DNA from: an uncultured bacterium
GTDB lineage: Bacteria > RBG-13-61-14 > DATKZS01
DNA: 55,691 nucleotides
Direction: 5' to 3'
Assembly (NCBI GenBank): GCA_964420375.1
Contig: CAYQTK010000003.1
Location: 1 to 55,691, forward strand
Positions 38,149 to 46,566 of this stretch are shown piece after piece. The position numbers were made by a program, and so were the translations under genes. The number at the start of each line of letters is the position of its first letter. Position 1 is the first letter of the stretch. The notes beneath the pieces are model-generated. The model was not told the DNA's origin. It did no database searches and saw nothing but the letters and a program-made list of their open reading frames with translations.

Positions 38149-38886
38149 ATGGCGGACGAGATCAAGATAGGCTATTTCCTGGAAGACGTTGCCCACCGGG
38201 CCTTTATAACGGCATTTGTAAAAAGATTGTTAAAGCACAAGTACGGCGACGACCTCCAAGTGGAAGGGGATATTTTCTGCGAAAGCGGCGGGTCCAAAGA
38301 GATAAACAGCTTTAGAGCTTTTCTAAAAGAATGGAAAAAAGACAGTGATATTAGTTTGCCTTACCATTCGCTGGTTATAGGCCATGATTGCAACTGCAAG
38401 GGCAAAGAAACAATCAAAAAAAAGTTCAGCAAACCTGCCAGCAAGGCGGGCTACCCGGAGGACAGAATTATATACGCCTTGCCCGATCCTTACATAGAGC
38501 GCTGGTACCTGGCCGACCCCCGAGCGTTCTTGGAAACCATCGAAGGCAACGAGCCGCCCGGAGAGATACCTTACGTACATAAAAAGGGGAAGCAGACTTT
38601 TTACAAGGACAAGATGCAAGAGACTTTATGGAAAAACGGGATCGGGTCTTCACTGGCAGGCGCGGAGTTAGGAGACCGGATCGCGGAGCTTGTTGATATT
38701 ATACATAACGACTTAAATAAGTGCGCATGTTTAATTTCTGTGCGAGCGACTTCAGTCGCGATTAAAATCGCTCGCACATATGCATATGTTGAAATATGCG
38801 CAATTATTTGTGACGTTGTGTATAGTAAAGCAGGATATGTAGACCCCAATTTCAAAGACTTTGCCGAAGCAATAAAAAGGCTGTGA
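38149..38886 (+). CDS. DUF4276/RloB-like TOPRIM-fold protein, interrupted in frame by a 123-bp palindromic insertion
   Basis: FLED (TOPRIM Glu), [17 protein letters not shown] motifs; directly follows the ATPase; residues encoded by 38702-38824 look foreign. Confidence 0.72.
   Translation: MADEIKIGYFLEDVAHRAFITAFVKRLLKHKYGDDLQVEGDIFCESGGSKEINSFRAFLKEWKKDSDISLPYHSLVIGHDCNCKGKETIKKKFSKPASKAGYPEDRIIYALPDPYIERWYLADPRAFLETIEGNEPPGEIPYVHKKGKQTFYKDKMQETLWKNGIGSSLAGAELGDRIAELVDIIHNDLNKCACLISVRATSVAIKIARTYAYVEICAIICDVVYSKAGYVDPNFKDFAEAIKRL
38700..38824. mobile_element. TA-flanked palindromic MITE (123 bp plus duplicated TA) with REP-like core
   Basis: Ends TATACATAACG / CGTTGTGTATA; inner arms AAATAAGTGCGCATGTTT / AAATATGCGCAATTATTT; core TGTGCGAGCGA..TCGCTCGCACA perfect 11-bp repeat; AT-rich relative to host genes. 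Confidence 0.85.
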
Positions 38887-38894
38887 GGGGAAGC

Positions 38895-40340
38895 ATGGAT
38901 TACGAAGCTGTGATCGGGCTGGAGGTTCACGCCCAGCTTTTTACAAGGTCGAAGATATTCTGCGGCTGTTCCACCGAGTTCGGCGCGCCGCCCAACACCC
39001 GCGTTTGCCCGGTCTGTATCGGACTTCCCGGAGTCCTGCCCGTGCCTAACCGGCAGGTGGTGGAGATGGCGCTCAAGACGGCGCTTGCTCTAAACTTCGA
39101 GATTCAAAGGCGGAGCATATGGGAGCGCAAGAACTACTTTTATCCTGATCTGCCCAAGGGCTACCAGATATCGCAGTACGCATATCCGCTGGCCAGGAAC
39201 GGCTGGATCGAGATCAAGGCAGGCGAGAAAGAAAAGCGCATCGGTATCACGCGGCTTCACATGGAGGAGGACGCCGGCAAGCTGGTGCATTCCGAAGACA
39301 CCTTTTCACGTGCCAATGCGAGCTTTGCGGACTTCAACCGGAGCGGGGTCCCCCTGATGGAGATAGTGAGCGAACCCGACATCCGGTCCGCACAAGAGGC
39401 CGGGGCGTATCTGCGGGCGCTCCGGAGCATACTGGTCTACCTGGGCGTTTGCGACGGCAACATGGAGCAGGGCTCACTCCGTTGCGACGCCAACGTGAGC
39501 GTCCGTCCGCCGGGCAGTGAAGACATGGGCACTCGTGCGGAGATAAAGAACATGAACTCCTTCCGGAACGTGGAGCGGGCCCTGGACTACGAGATAAAAA
39601 GGCAGTCCCGGCTGCTGGAATCGGGCAAGAATGTGGTGCAGGAGACGCGCCTGTGGGACGACCGGGAGGGCAAGACCGTGGCCATGCGCGGCAAGGAGGA
39701 GTCCCACGACTACCGCTATTTCCCGGACCCGGACCTCTTGCCGCTGGAAGTTGACGAACAGTGGACGAAAAGGCTGCGGGAGAGACTTCCCGAGCTTCCC
39801 ATGGAAAAAATGAAGCGTTTCGTGGCCGATTACGGCATCCCCGAGTATGACGCCTCGGTGCTGACCTCGGAGCGGTCGCTGGCGGACTACTACGAGGCCG
39901 CTCTAAAGACGGGCGCGGACGCCAAGAAGACGGCCAACTGGGTCATGTCCGAGCTTCTGCGCGAGCTCAAGGATGACGAGCGCGACATAACCGACTGTCC
40001 CGTAAGCGCGGAGCAGTTGGGCTCGCTGGTGGGTATGATAGACTCGGGCGAGATCACCGGCAAGATCGGCAAGACGGTGTTCGCCGAGATGTACAAGACG
40101 GGCAAGAGCCCGGCGGAGGTCATCGAGGAGAAGGGATTGAAGCCCATGGCGGACGAGGGAGAAATCGGGAGCATCTGTGACCGGGTGATAGCGGAGAATC
40201 CCAAGCAGGTCAAGCAGTACCGGGAGGGCAAGACCAAGGTGCTGGGATTCTTTGTAGGACAGGTCATGAAGGCCAGCGGAGGCAAGGCTGACCCTCAAAT
40301 TGTCAACCGCCTGCTCACAAAAAAGCTTGAACGGGCATAG
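38895..40340 (+). CDS. gatB: Asp/Glu-tRNA amidotransferase subunit B
   Basis: [77 protein letters not shown]. Confidence 0.98.
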   Translation: MDYEAVIGLEVHAQLFTRSKIFCGCSTEFGAPPNTRVCPVCIGLPGVLPVPNRQVVEMALKTALALNFEIQRRSIWERKNYFYPDLPKGYQISQYAYPLARNGWIEIKAGEKEKRIGITRLHMEEDAGKLVHSEDTFSRANASFADFNRSGVPLMEIVSEPDIRSAQEAGAYLRALRSILVYLGVCDGNMEQGSLRCDANVSVRPPGSEDMGTRAEIKNMNSFRNVERALDYEIKRQSRLLESGKNVVQETRLWDDREGKTVAMRGKEESHDYRYFPDPDLLPLEVDEQWTKRLRERLPELPMEKMKRFVADYGIPEYDASVLTSERSLADYYEAALKTGADAKKTANWVMSELLRELKDDERDITDCPVSAEQLGSLVGMIDSGEITGKIGKTVFAEMYKTGKSPAEVIEEKGLKPMADEGEIGSICDRVIAENPKQVKQYREGKTKVLGFFVGQVMKASGGKADPQIVNRLLTKKLERA

Positions 40341-40365
40341 GCGGGTTTCTTATAATTTTTATAAT

Positions 40366-40592
40366 TAGTGCCCGTTGCGAAACGGAGGTTTAATTTACTT
40401 TTGCGGCGCTGTTCTGGAGTGCGGCAGCAAGCTGTCCGCTTTTTCCGCCGGGAAGCTTGCTTCCCGGAAATTTGACCCACAAGAGGCTCGCAGTTTACGG
40501 GACGCATTTTCATAAGTTCCGGCAAGCCGGAACTTATGAAAGCGAAAGCAAGCTTTCGCACTCCGAAAACGGAATTTTCGCAACGGGAACTA
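40366..40592 (+). mobile_element. MITE-like palindromic repeat element (copy 3, apparently intact, no mini-palindrome insertion)
   Basis: TAGTGCCCGTTGCGAAA ... TTTCGCAACGGGAACTA (16/17 inverted repeat including TA). Internal hairpins at 40448-40467, 40508-40541 and 40542-40559. Confidence 0.9.
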
Positions 40593-40775
40593 GTTATATT
40601 TGAGCATAAGACCGGATGATGTTATAAATATATGCGAACGCCGAGGAGCGGAAATTATAAGGCCAAGACAAATCGCCCTTAAGGAGAAGCGGGAGGAGGT
40701 TAGGCTGAGGCCCCGGTTTTTTGAAACCGAATTCCGGCTCTCCCGGCAGCTAACTATTCAGCAAGGGGGAAGAAG

Positions 40776-41588
40776 ATGATCGATTGGGACGAGCTTTTAG
40801 AGGACGTGAACTGGGGAAGGACCATTGCGTTACTGGTTGCGGGGATCCTCGTAATCGTGGTGGTTATCCTTGTTCTCATGGATTACACCAAGGCCCGTAA
40901 CCTGGAAATTCAACTGGAGACGGACCTCGATACAATAGAAATTACCAAGAGTGAACTCCGGTCACCGGGCAAGCAGCAGTTGAAACAGATCGAGCAGGAC
41001 ATTAAAAATTTGCAACAGCGGCTTGATCAAAACTCCGTCCAGGTTCCCGGGGTGTTCAGGCCGGAAGAGATAAAAAATCAAATCAACTCCCTGGCGGCGA
41101 ACAATAACGTGAACGTCATATCCGTCTCCCATCCGGAATGGGAGACCAGGAAAGAAGGGTATGCAATTATCCGGACTATTAACGTGGAGTTTACATCACG
41201 GCGACTCGGCAACGCCCGTTCTTTTATTGACGGATTGGACAGGCTCCCTTATCCGGTAACCGTGGAGTATCCGCAGCTTAACGCAGGCAATCGAATGGAA
41301 TGCACCATAAGCTTGTTCGTTTTTGACCAGGAAAAGTGGGAAAGCGATAATGTCTGCGAGCCCGATGTGGACTTTCCCGACATTCCTTTGCAGGAGAGAA
41401 AAAAAGATTATAAGGATATTTTTCTCAGTTACTTCAAAGAAGGCCCTAAAGAAATCCTGGAGAAAGTGGAACGCGAGCAGGCGGGTCTGAAGGACGTTAA
41501 AGCCGACTTCCAGGAGTACTGCGAGTTAAAAACTCAAAGAGAAAAGTTTGAGGTCCACCTCGATATTTTGAAGAAAGCCGGGGAATAA
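40776..41588 (+). CDS. Hypothetical bitopic membrane protein, weakly PilO/GspM-like
   Basis: Single N-terminal TM, coiled coil, then alternating alpha/beta region; GGGGGA RBS. Family call tentative. Confidence 0.55.
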   Translation: MIDWDELLEDVNWGRTIALLVAGILVIVVVILVLMDYTKARNLEIQLETDLDTIEITKSELRSPGKQQLKQIEQDIKNLQQRLDQNSVQVPGVFRPEEIKNQINSLAANNNVNVISVSHPEWETRKEGYAIIRTINVEFTSRRLGNARSFIDGLDRLPYPVTVEYPQLNAGNRMECTISLFVFDQEKWESDNVCEPDVDFPDIPLQERKKDYKDIFLSYFKEGPKEILEKVEREQAGLKDVKADFQEYCELKTQREKFEVHLDILKKAGE

Positions 41589-41612
41589 GGCTCTCGAAAA
41601 AGACCTTCCGAA

Positions 41613-42641
41613 ATGAAACATCTCGTACCCCGTTGGAAACACACGCCGGGCGTACATTGTGCCTCCACCGCTCTCGCAGACGTCATGAACCATTTCGGGC
41701 ACCGGGTGGACGAGGCCACCTGTTTCGGCTTGGGCGCGGGTTTGGGATTTGCCTACTTCGAGAGCGAAGCAATGTCTCCCACCAGAATGACCGTAACCCG
41801 CAGCAGGATGCTCGAACAGAGGTTCTTCGAGAGTATCGGAATTCCTTTCCAGTGGATCACCGAACCCGGTCCGGAAAAAGCCGAACAACAGTTGATAAAC
41901 TACCTCGCCCGGGACGTGCCCGTCTTGCTACGTGCGGATATAGCATGCCTTCCTCATTACAACACCGCCACTCATTTTCCCCCACACGTGATCGTGGCCT
42001 GGGGATACCATGACAACGCAGTCCTTATAGCGGATACCGGATGGGAAAAGTTGCAGGAGGTGAGCCGAAAAGACCTCTCCCGCGCCAGGTACGGGGGAAA
42101 CGCCTACATAAAAAACCAGGCGGAGCACTATCCTTTCCGGGAACCTCTGCCCCTGCCCGACATTAAAAAAGCCGCCCGCTACGCCCTGGCCAGGCAGGCG
42201 CAGGACCTCACCGGAGTCGACCCGCAGATTCCCGGCGTGTTCGGACTCTCCGGAATGAAGACAGCGGCGGAAAAGATGAAAGAATGGAAATATGCAACGG
42301 ACCGGCAATGGTGCGCCCGCTGGTTCTACCAGGTGATAGAAAAAAGGGGGACCGGAGGAGGGGCCTTCCGTCTCCTCTACTCCCGATTTCTGGAGAACCT
42401 CGTCAAGCTGGACCCGGAGATCGGCAAACCGGCACCGCCGGCGGACATGAAAGAGATCGCCAGGGAATGGACCGAGATGGCAATGCTCTTGAAAGAAATA
42501 AGTGAAAAGTTCAATCACCCGGACATGGACAAGCCCGCCCAAGCACTGGCACGCATCAGGGAAAAAGAACTGAACTTTTTCGAGCCGCTCTTAGGTCTTG
42601 GTGATTATCCCGGCATGGATGAATCAAGACAAAACCGATAA
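41613..42641 (+). CDS. BtrH-like (BtrH_N + DUF4872) papain-fold peptidase/hydrolase
   Basis: GVHCASTAL, FGLGAGLGFAY, HFPPH, IAD, IEKRGTGGGAFRLLYSRFL. Confidence 0.82.
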   Translation: MKHLVPRWKHTPGVHCASTALADVMNHFGHRVDEATCFGLGAGLGFAYFESEAMSPTRMTVTRSRMLEQRFFESIGIPFQWITEPGPEKAEQQLINYLARDVPVLLRADIACLPHYNTATHFPPHVIVAWGYHDNAVLIADTGWEKLQEVSRKDLSRARYGGNAYIKNQAEHYPFREPLPLPDIKKAARYALARQAQDLTGVDPQIPGVFGLSGMKTAAEKMKEWKYATDRQWCARWFYQVIEKRGTGGGAFRLLYSRFLENLVKLDPEIGKPAPPADMKEIAREWTEMAMLLKEISEKFNHPDMDKPAQALARIREKELNFFEPLLGLGDYPGMDESRQNR

Positions 42642-42702
42642 TTTTTGAGAAGCACGGGCAGATCCCGGCATCTAAATTATAGAAAAGAAGAAAAGTCCTA
42701 TA

Positions 42703-42730
42703 TTGACGCAGGAACTGGAGGTTATATAAT
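42703..42730 (+). promoter_or_regulatory. Putative sigma70 promoter
   Basis: TTGACG-16 bp-TATAAT, then AAGGAG RBS and GTG at 42768. Confidence 0.6.
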
Positions 42731-42767
42731 ATCTTGTACTTTCGTATTGATAAAAAGGAGTTTCAGG

Positions 42768-43451
42768 GTGGAAGGAAAATTTGCCGGACTTTATTGCGGA
42801 AGATTCATTAAGCTCCTTTTCGGCTTAACGGTATTTCTGGCGCCGCTTTTCATTTCCGGACAGGTGATCACCCCTGCCGATTCCTACTCCAGCCCGGATT
42901 GGCGGGAAAAGGCCCGGAAGTACGAAGCGAGCCTCGTGCGCGTCCAAAAGGACCTCGCCGGCACCTATTCGAGCAATGAGCTTCAGTTGGCGGACGTAAA
43001 GGAAAGCCAGGCCGGAGGAATCGGTTTCTGGCCCAATCCCGGCGGAACATCCCCTGACGCCCGATACCTGTGCGTCTTTATAAAGACCATGATACCTCCG
43101 CAAACCACGGGTCGGCCTTTTAACCAGCAGACCCGCAACGGCCGGCTCTTGGCAGTGTGGGACGCCTACGGCAAGCACATCGTCGGTCTTTTCGACAAGG
43201 AGCTGGAAAAGATTGATGACGGCTCGGTTAAAGGGGGAGCGCTGGTTATTATCTACTCCAAGAAGTCGCCGCAAGCCGAAGACTTTTGCGCAAGTTGTGA
43301 AGGCTTCGCCCTTTTCATGCCCTCCGGCGTGGTCAAATCCTATGCAGCCCACCGTATGACCAACCAGAGCCTCTTCCAGAAAAGCCGCATGTTCGGTATC
43401 CTGGAGGGGCGCGACCAGGTGAGCGCGCTTTATACTCTCTTCTATCCATGA
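42768..43451 (+). CDS. Hypothetical exported protein
   Basis: Promoter and RBS upstream, N-terminal hydrophobic segment, stop overlaps the next ATG (ATGA); no family recognised. Confidence 0.7.
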   Translation: MEGKFAGLYCGRFIKLLFGLTVFLAPLFISGQVITPADSYSSPDWREKARKYEASLVRVQKDLAGTYSSNELQLADVKESQAGGIGFWPNPGGTSPDARYLCVFIKTMIPPQTTGRPFNQQTRNGRLLAVWDAYGKHIVGLFDKELEKIDDGSVKGGALVIIYSKKSPQAEDFCASCEGFALFMPSGVVKSYAAHRMTNQSLFQKSRMFGILEGRDQVSALYTLFYP

Positions 43452-44536
43452 ATGCGCAAGGTCAGGGAAAAATCCGTACAGACAAAAAGGATGAAAACTT
43501 TTCCGCCCTTTCGGGAAGAACAATAAAGCGGGCCTTGCTTTCGTTCCTGGCGATCATTGTCTGTCTGTTGTTCGCCGAACTCCTCCTTCGGCTTATGGAT
43601 ATGCCCGCAGAATGGAAACCCCGCCATGACATGTACGGAGCAAAATGGAACTTCCTGCTCCACAGGCCTTCCCAAACGCCCGGTCTGCTCTACGAGCTTC
43701 GGCCGGGGGTCTCCGGATCCGCTTTGGGCGTACCCGTCAAGATCAACAGCCTGGGAGCGAGGGGAGAGGAAATAAAGGTAAGCAAGCCTCGGGGAGTAAA
43801 AAGGATCGTGGCCCTGGGAGATTCCATTACCTTCGGATGGAAGGTGGAGCGCGAGGACATATACGTGGAGATTCTGGAAGACCTCTTAAACCGCGAAACC
43901 GGTAAGACCTTCCAGGTGGTCAACATGGCGACCAGCGGCTACAACACCGCGGAGGAGGTCGCCCTGTTCATGGCGCGGGGGAAAAACCTGGACCCCCACA
44001 TGGTCATCATCGGCTACAGTCTGAACGACCCCGGCAACGAGCCCTTCCAACCGCTACGGGCCTATTATCAGCATGACGCCTGGTGGAAGAAAAGCAACCT
44101 GGTGCGCATGACAAGGAAGCTGTGGTGGAAGATGGAGATATACCTGAAGGGCGGGGGAGATTATTTCGTGATGATTCACAATGATGACCGGCACTGGCAA
44201 TCCGTGACGAACGCCTTTGAAAGAATGGGGACATGGTCGGATAAAACCGGCGTGCCCGTGCTGGTTGCTATATTCCCCCAGCCCGTGGCTGACGACTGGG
44301 AGGAGTATCCCTACCAGCACATCCATTGCCAGGTTGCTGAAGCAGCTTCTGAACACGGCCTTCAACCCGTCGATTTATATGAACCCTTCAGTGAAAAGCC
44401 CCCCGCAATGATAAGAATATCCAAACAGGACCCGCATCCTACGCCTTTCGGACACCGACTAGCCGCACAAAAAATCGCAAACTTCGTCCGCAGTCATTAC
44501 CCTGATCTCATCCGGCAGGACTCCTCACATAAGTGA
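43448..44536 (+). CDS. Membrane-anchored SGNH/GDSL hydrolase
   Basis: TM 'LLFAELLLR', INSLGARG, LGDSITFG, NMATSGYN, LND, DPHPT..GH. Confidence 0.88.
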   Translation: MNAQGQGKIRTDKKDENFSALSGRTIKRALLSFLAIIVCLLFAELLLRLMDMPAEWKPRHDMYGAKWNFLLHRPSQTPGLLYELRPGVSGSALGVPVKINSLGARGEEIKVSKPRGVKRIVALGDSITFGWKVEREDIYVEILEDLLNRETGKTFQVVNMATSGYNTAEEVALFMARGKNLDPHMVIIGYSLNDPGNEPFQPLRAYYQHDAWWKKSNLVRMTRKLWWKMEIYLKGGGDYFVMIHNDDRHWQSVTNAFERMGTWSDKTGVPVLVAIFPQPVADDWEEYPYQHIHCQVAEAASEHGLQPVDLYEPFSEKPPAMIRISKQDPHPTPFGHRLAAQKIANFVRSHYPDLIRQDSSHK

Positions 44537-44548
44537 ACTCCGCAAAAA

Positions 44549-44580
44549 AAAAAGCGAGAGAGACCATTCCCCCGCTTTTT
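44549..44580. terminator. Possible bidirectional terminator between convergent genes
   Basis: A-run + AAAAAGCG...CGCTTTTT inverted repeat between stops at 44536 (+) and 44601 (-). Confidence 0.4.
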
Positions 44581-44600
44581 CCCCGGCTTAACAAGGCATA

Positions 44601-44780
44601 TCAGCCTCCTGGTTCTACCGCGACCCTTGCGTCGTCAAAGCAAGCATTAAGTTCCTCTTCGCTCACATGCTTAGGGTCCTTCAAAGATTCCACCGGACAG
44701 ATAAACTCGTTGCCCGCCTTGTCCCTGACATGTACAAAGTTCGTCCTTTTTCCTGGGGTGTTCACTTCAGAGTCTGCCAT
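44601..44780 (-). CDS. Small hypothetical protein (59 aa), absent from ORF track
   Basis: MADSEVNTPGKRTNFVHVRDKAGNEFICPVESLKDPKHVSEEELNACFDDARVAVEPGG*, preceded by a perfect AAGGAGGTGA Shine-Dalgarno. Confidence 0.8.
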   Translation of the reverse strand: MADSEVNTPGKRTNFVHVRDKAGNEFICPVESLKDPKHVSEEELNACFDDARVAVEPGG

Positions 44781-44973
44781 TTTTTCACCTCCTTTTCGGT
44801 ATTGTCGTTTCTCATCCTGCTTTTAAAGATACCGAGACCCCAATTATGGTTACAATAAAGTCAAAAAAAACGGTTCGGGTTATGCAAACAAAAAATCTCC
44901 GGGATTTCGCCTTAGACCTGTGGCTTCCGGCGGAGGCGTGTTGTATCTTTATAATGAACGGGAAGGAAAACAG

Positions 44974-45699
44974 ATGAAAAAATTTAAATGCACGGTTTGC
45001 GGTTATGTTCACACCGGTGAAGAACCGCCGGAGAAATGCCCGGTGTGCGGTGCTCCCGCGGCCAAGTTTATCGAGCGCGATCCCTCCGAGGCTTTTCAGG
45101 CAGAGGCCGAGTTTGCTGAAAAGCAAAAGGGAAAAAATCAAGGCGACTCTTCTAATGCCGGAAGAAAAAAATCTCCAGGAGGCGATAACGACATCAAGAC
45201 AAGCGGAGCTCCTGCCGACCCCCTCTCCCGGCTGCTCGACATCATGGTCAAAAAGCATCTCCATCCCATATCCGTACATTTTCCCAACGGCATCCTTCCT
45301 GCGGCGCTGCTTTTTCTGCTCCTGGCAATGGGCCTCGACATCCTGGGCCTCGCCGACCGGGATGTGCTCGGCCTGGAACTTTCCGCCCTCCATGACGTGG
45401 CGTTTCTGAACCTCGCTTTCGTGGTGCTCGCCATGCCGGTGGTACTGTTTTCCGGCTTCCTGGACTGGAAAAAGCACTATCGCGGGATTATGACCAGGAT
45501 CATCAGGACAAAGATGACCTGCGGGTTTATCGTGCTCGGTCTCGGTGTCGCGCTTCTGGTATGGCGGCTTGCTTTTCCGGAATCGGTTACCGGAGGCGGC
45601 CTTATAAGCCTGTTGTACTTTTTGGTGAACGCGGGCATGCTCGCGGCAGCAGGGGTCGCAGGCAACCGGGGCGGGAGGCTTGTCTTCGGCAAAAAGTAG
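44974..45699 (+). CDS. Rubredoxin-like domain fused to DUF2231 membrane (heme-b-type) domain
   Basis: [23 protein letters not shown], then [26 protein letters not shown]; start ATG 44974. Confidence 0.85.
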   Translation: MKKFKCTVCGYVHTGEEPPEKCPVCGAPAAKFIERDPSEAFQAEAEFAEKQKGKNQGDSSNAGRKKSPGGDNDIKTSGAPADPLSRLLDIMVKKHLHPISVHFPNGILPAALLFLLLAMGLDILGLADRDVLGLELSALHDVAFLNLAFVVLAMPVVLFSGFLDWKKHYRGIMTRIIRTKMTCGFIVLGLGVALLVWRLAFPESVTGGGLISLLYFLVNAGMLAAAGVAGNRGGRLVFGKK

Positions 45700-45739
45700 T
45701 GGCCCCGGTTTTTTTAATACTTCCATAAAAGGAGCAAAG

Positions 45740-46402
45740 ATGTTAAAGGACGGAGAAAAGGGAGCGGTGTTGCAGTCTGACCGGGAGACGTACGGGATTG
45801 CCCCGTCCTTTCCCTGCGGCGAGGTCACGCCGGAGCTTCTTCGCAAGCTGGCGGAGGTCTCTGAAAAATACGGCGTCCAAAACATAAAGATCACCAGCGC
45901 CAACCGGATAGCTCTGCTCGGCTTGAAAGAGGAAGACCTTGACGACGTATGGAGCGAGCTGGGGATGGATGCCGGACCTCTGGTGGGCATGTGCGTGCGG
46001 AGCGTGCGATGCTGCGTGGGCAATTCCTACTGCCGGCTGGGCCAGCGCGACAGCATGGGACTTGGACACAAGCTGGTCGAGACATACATGGGCATGGAGC
46101 TTCCCAACAAGTTCAAAATCGCGGTGTCCGGCTGTCCCATAAACTGCGCGGAAGGATGGGTAAGGGACATAGGGCTTTTCGCCCAATCGAAAAAGTGGGC
46201 AGTGGTGGTAGGCGGAAACATCGGCTCACGTCCCCGCCTGGCCCGAGAGCTCGTTCGCGACATAGAAACCGACAACGAGGCCCTCGATATCATAGAGCGG
46301 ATCGTCAACTTCTACAAGCAAACCAAAGAACGCGGCCGCCTGGGCAGGGTCTTAGAGAAGACCGGCCTTGAGCCTTTGCGAAAAGCGATAGGGAGTATTT
46401 GA
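45740..46402 (+). CDS. Stand-alone nitrite/sulfite reductase-like protein (NIR_SIR ferredoxin-like + 4Fe-4S/siroheme domain)
   Basis: GAVLQSDRETY, KITSANRI, RSVRCCVGNSYC, PNKFKIAVSGCPINCAE, RDIGL; AAGGAG RBS. Confidence 0.88.
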   Translation: MLKDGEKGAVLQSDRETYGIAPSFPCGEVTPELLRKLAEVSEKYGVQNIKITSANRIALLGLKEEDLDDVWSELGMDAGPLVGMCVRSVRCCVGNSYCRLGQRDSMGLGHKLVETYMGMELPNKFKIAVSGCPINCAEGWVRDIGLFAQSKKWAVVVGGNIGSRPRLARELVRDIETDNEALDIIERIVNFYKQTKERGRLGRVLEKTGLEPLRKAIGSI

Positions 46403-46566
46403 CAGCCGGCCTGCATTCTGACGAGACGACAACAAGCTTGATGCCCTCGAAGTTATTCTAATGAGAACGAAAAACAACTGCCGAGTCCATGTAATTAAAC
46501 ATTCCCGGTTTCGTATATCCGGATTTCTTGTTCCCTGCGCGCACGAAAGGTAGAATATTGCGGACT

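Noticed and set aside
40600-40775. Structured-looking leader upstream of the PilO-like gene (GTTAGGCTG...CAGCTAAC, CGGTTT..AAACCG)
   Set aside because: I cannot match it to c-di-GMP or any other riboswitch consensus, or to a tRNA; pairing is modest. An Rfam scan would settle it.
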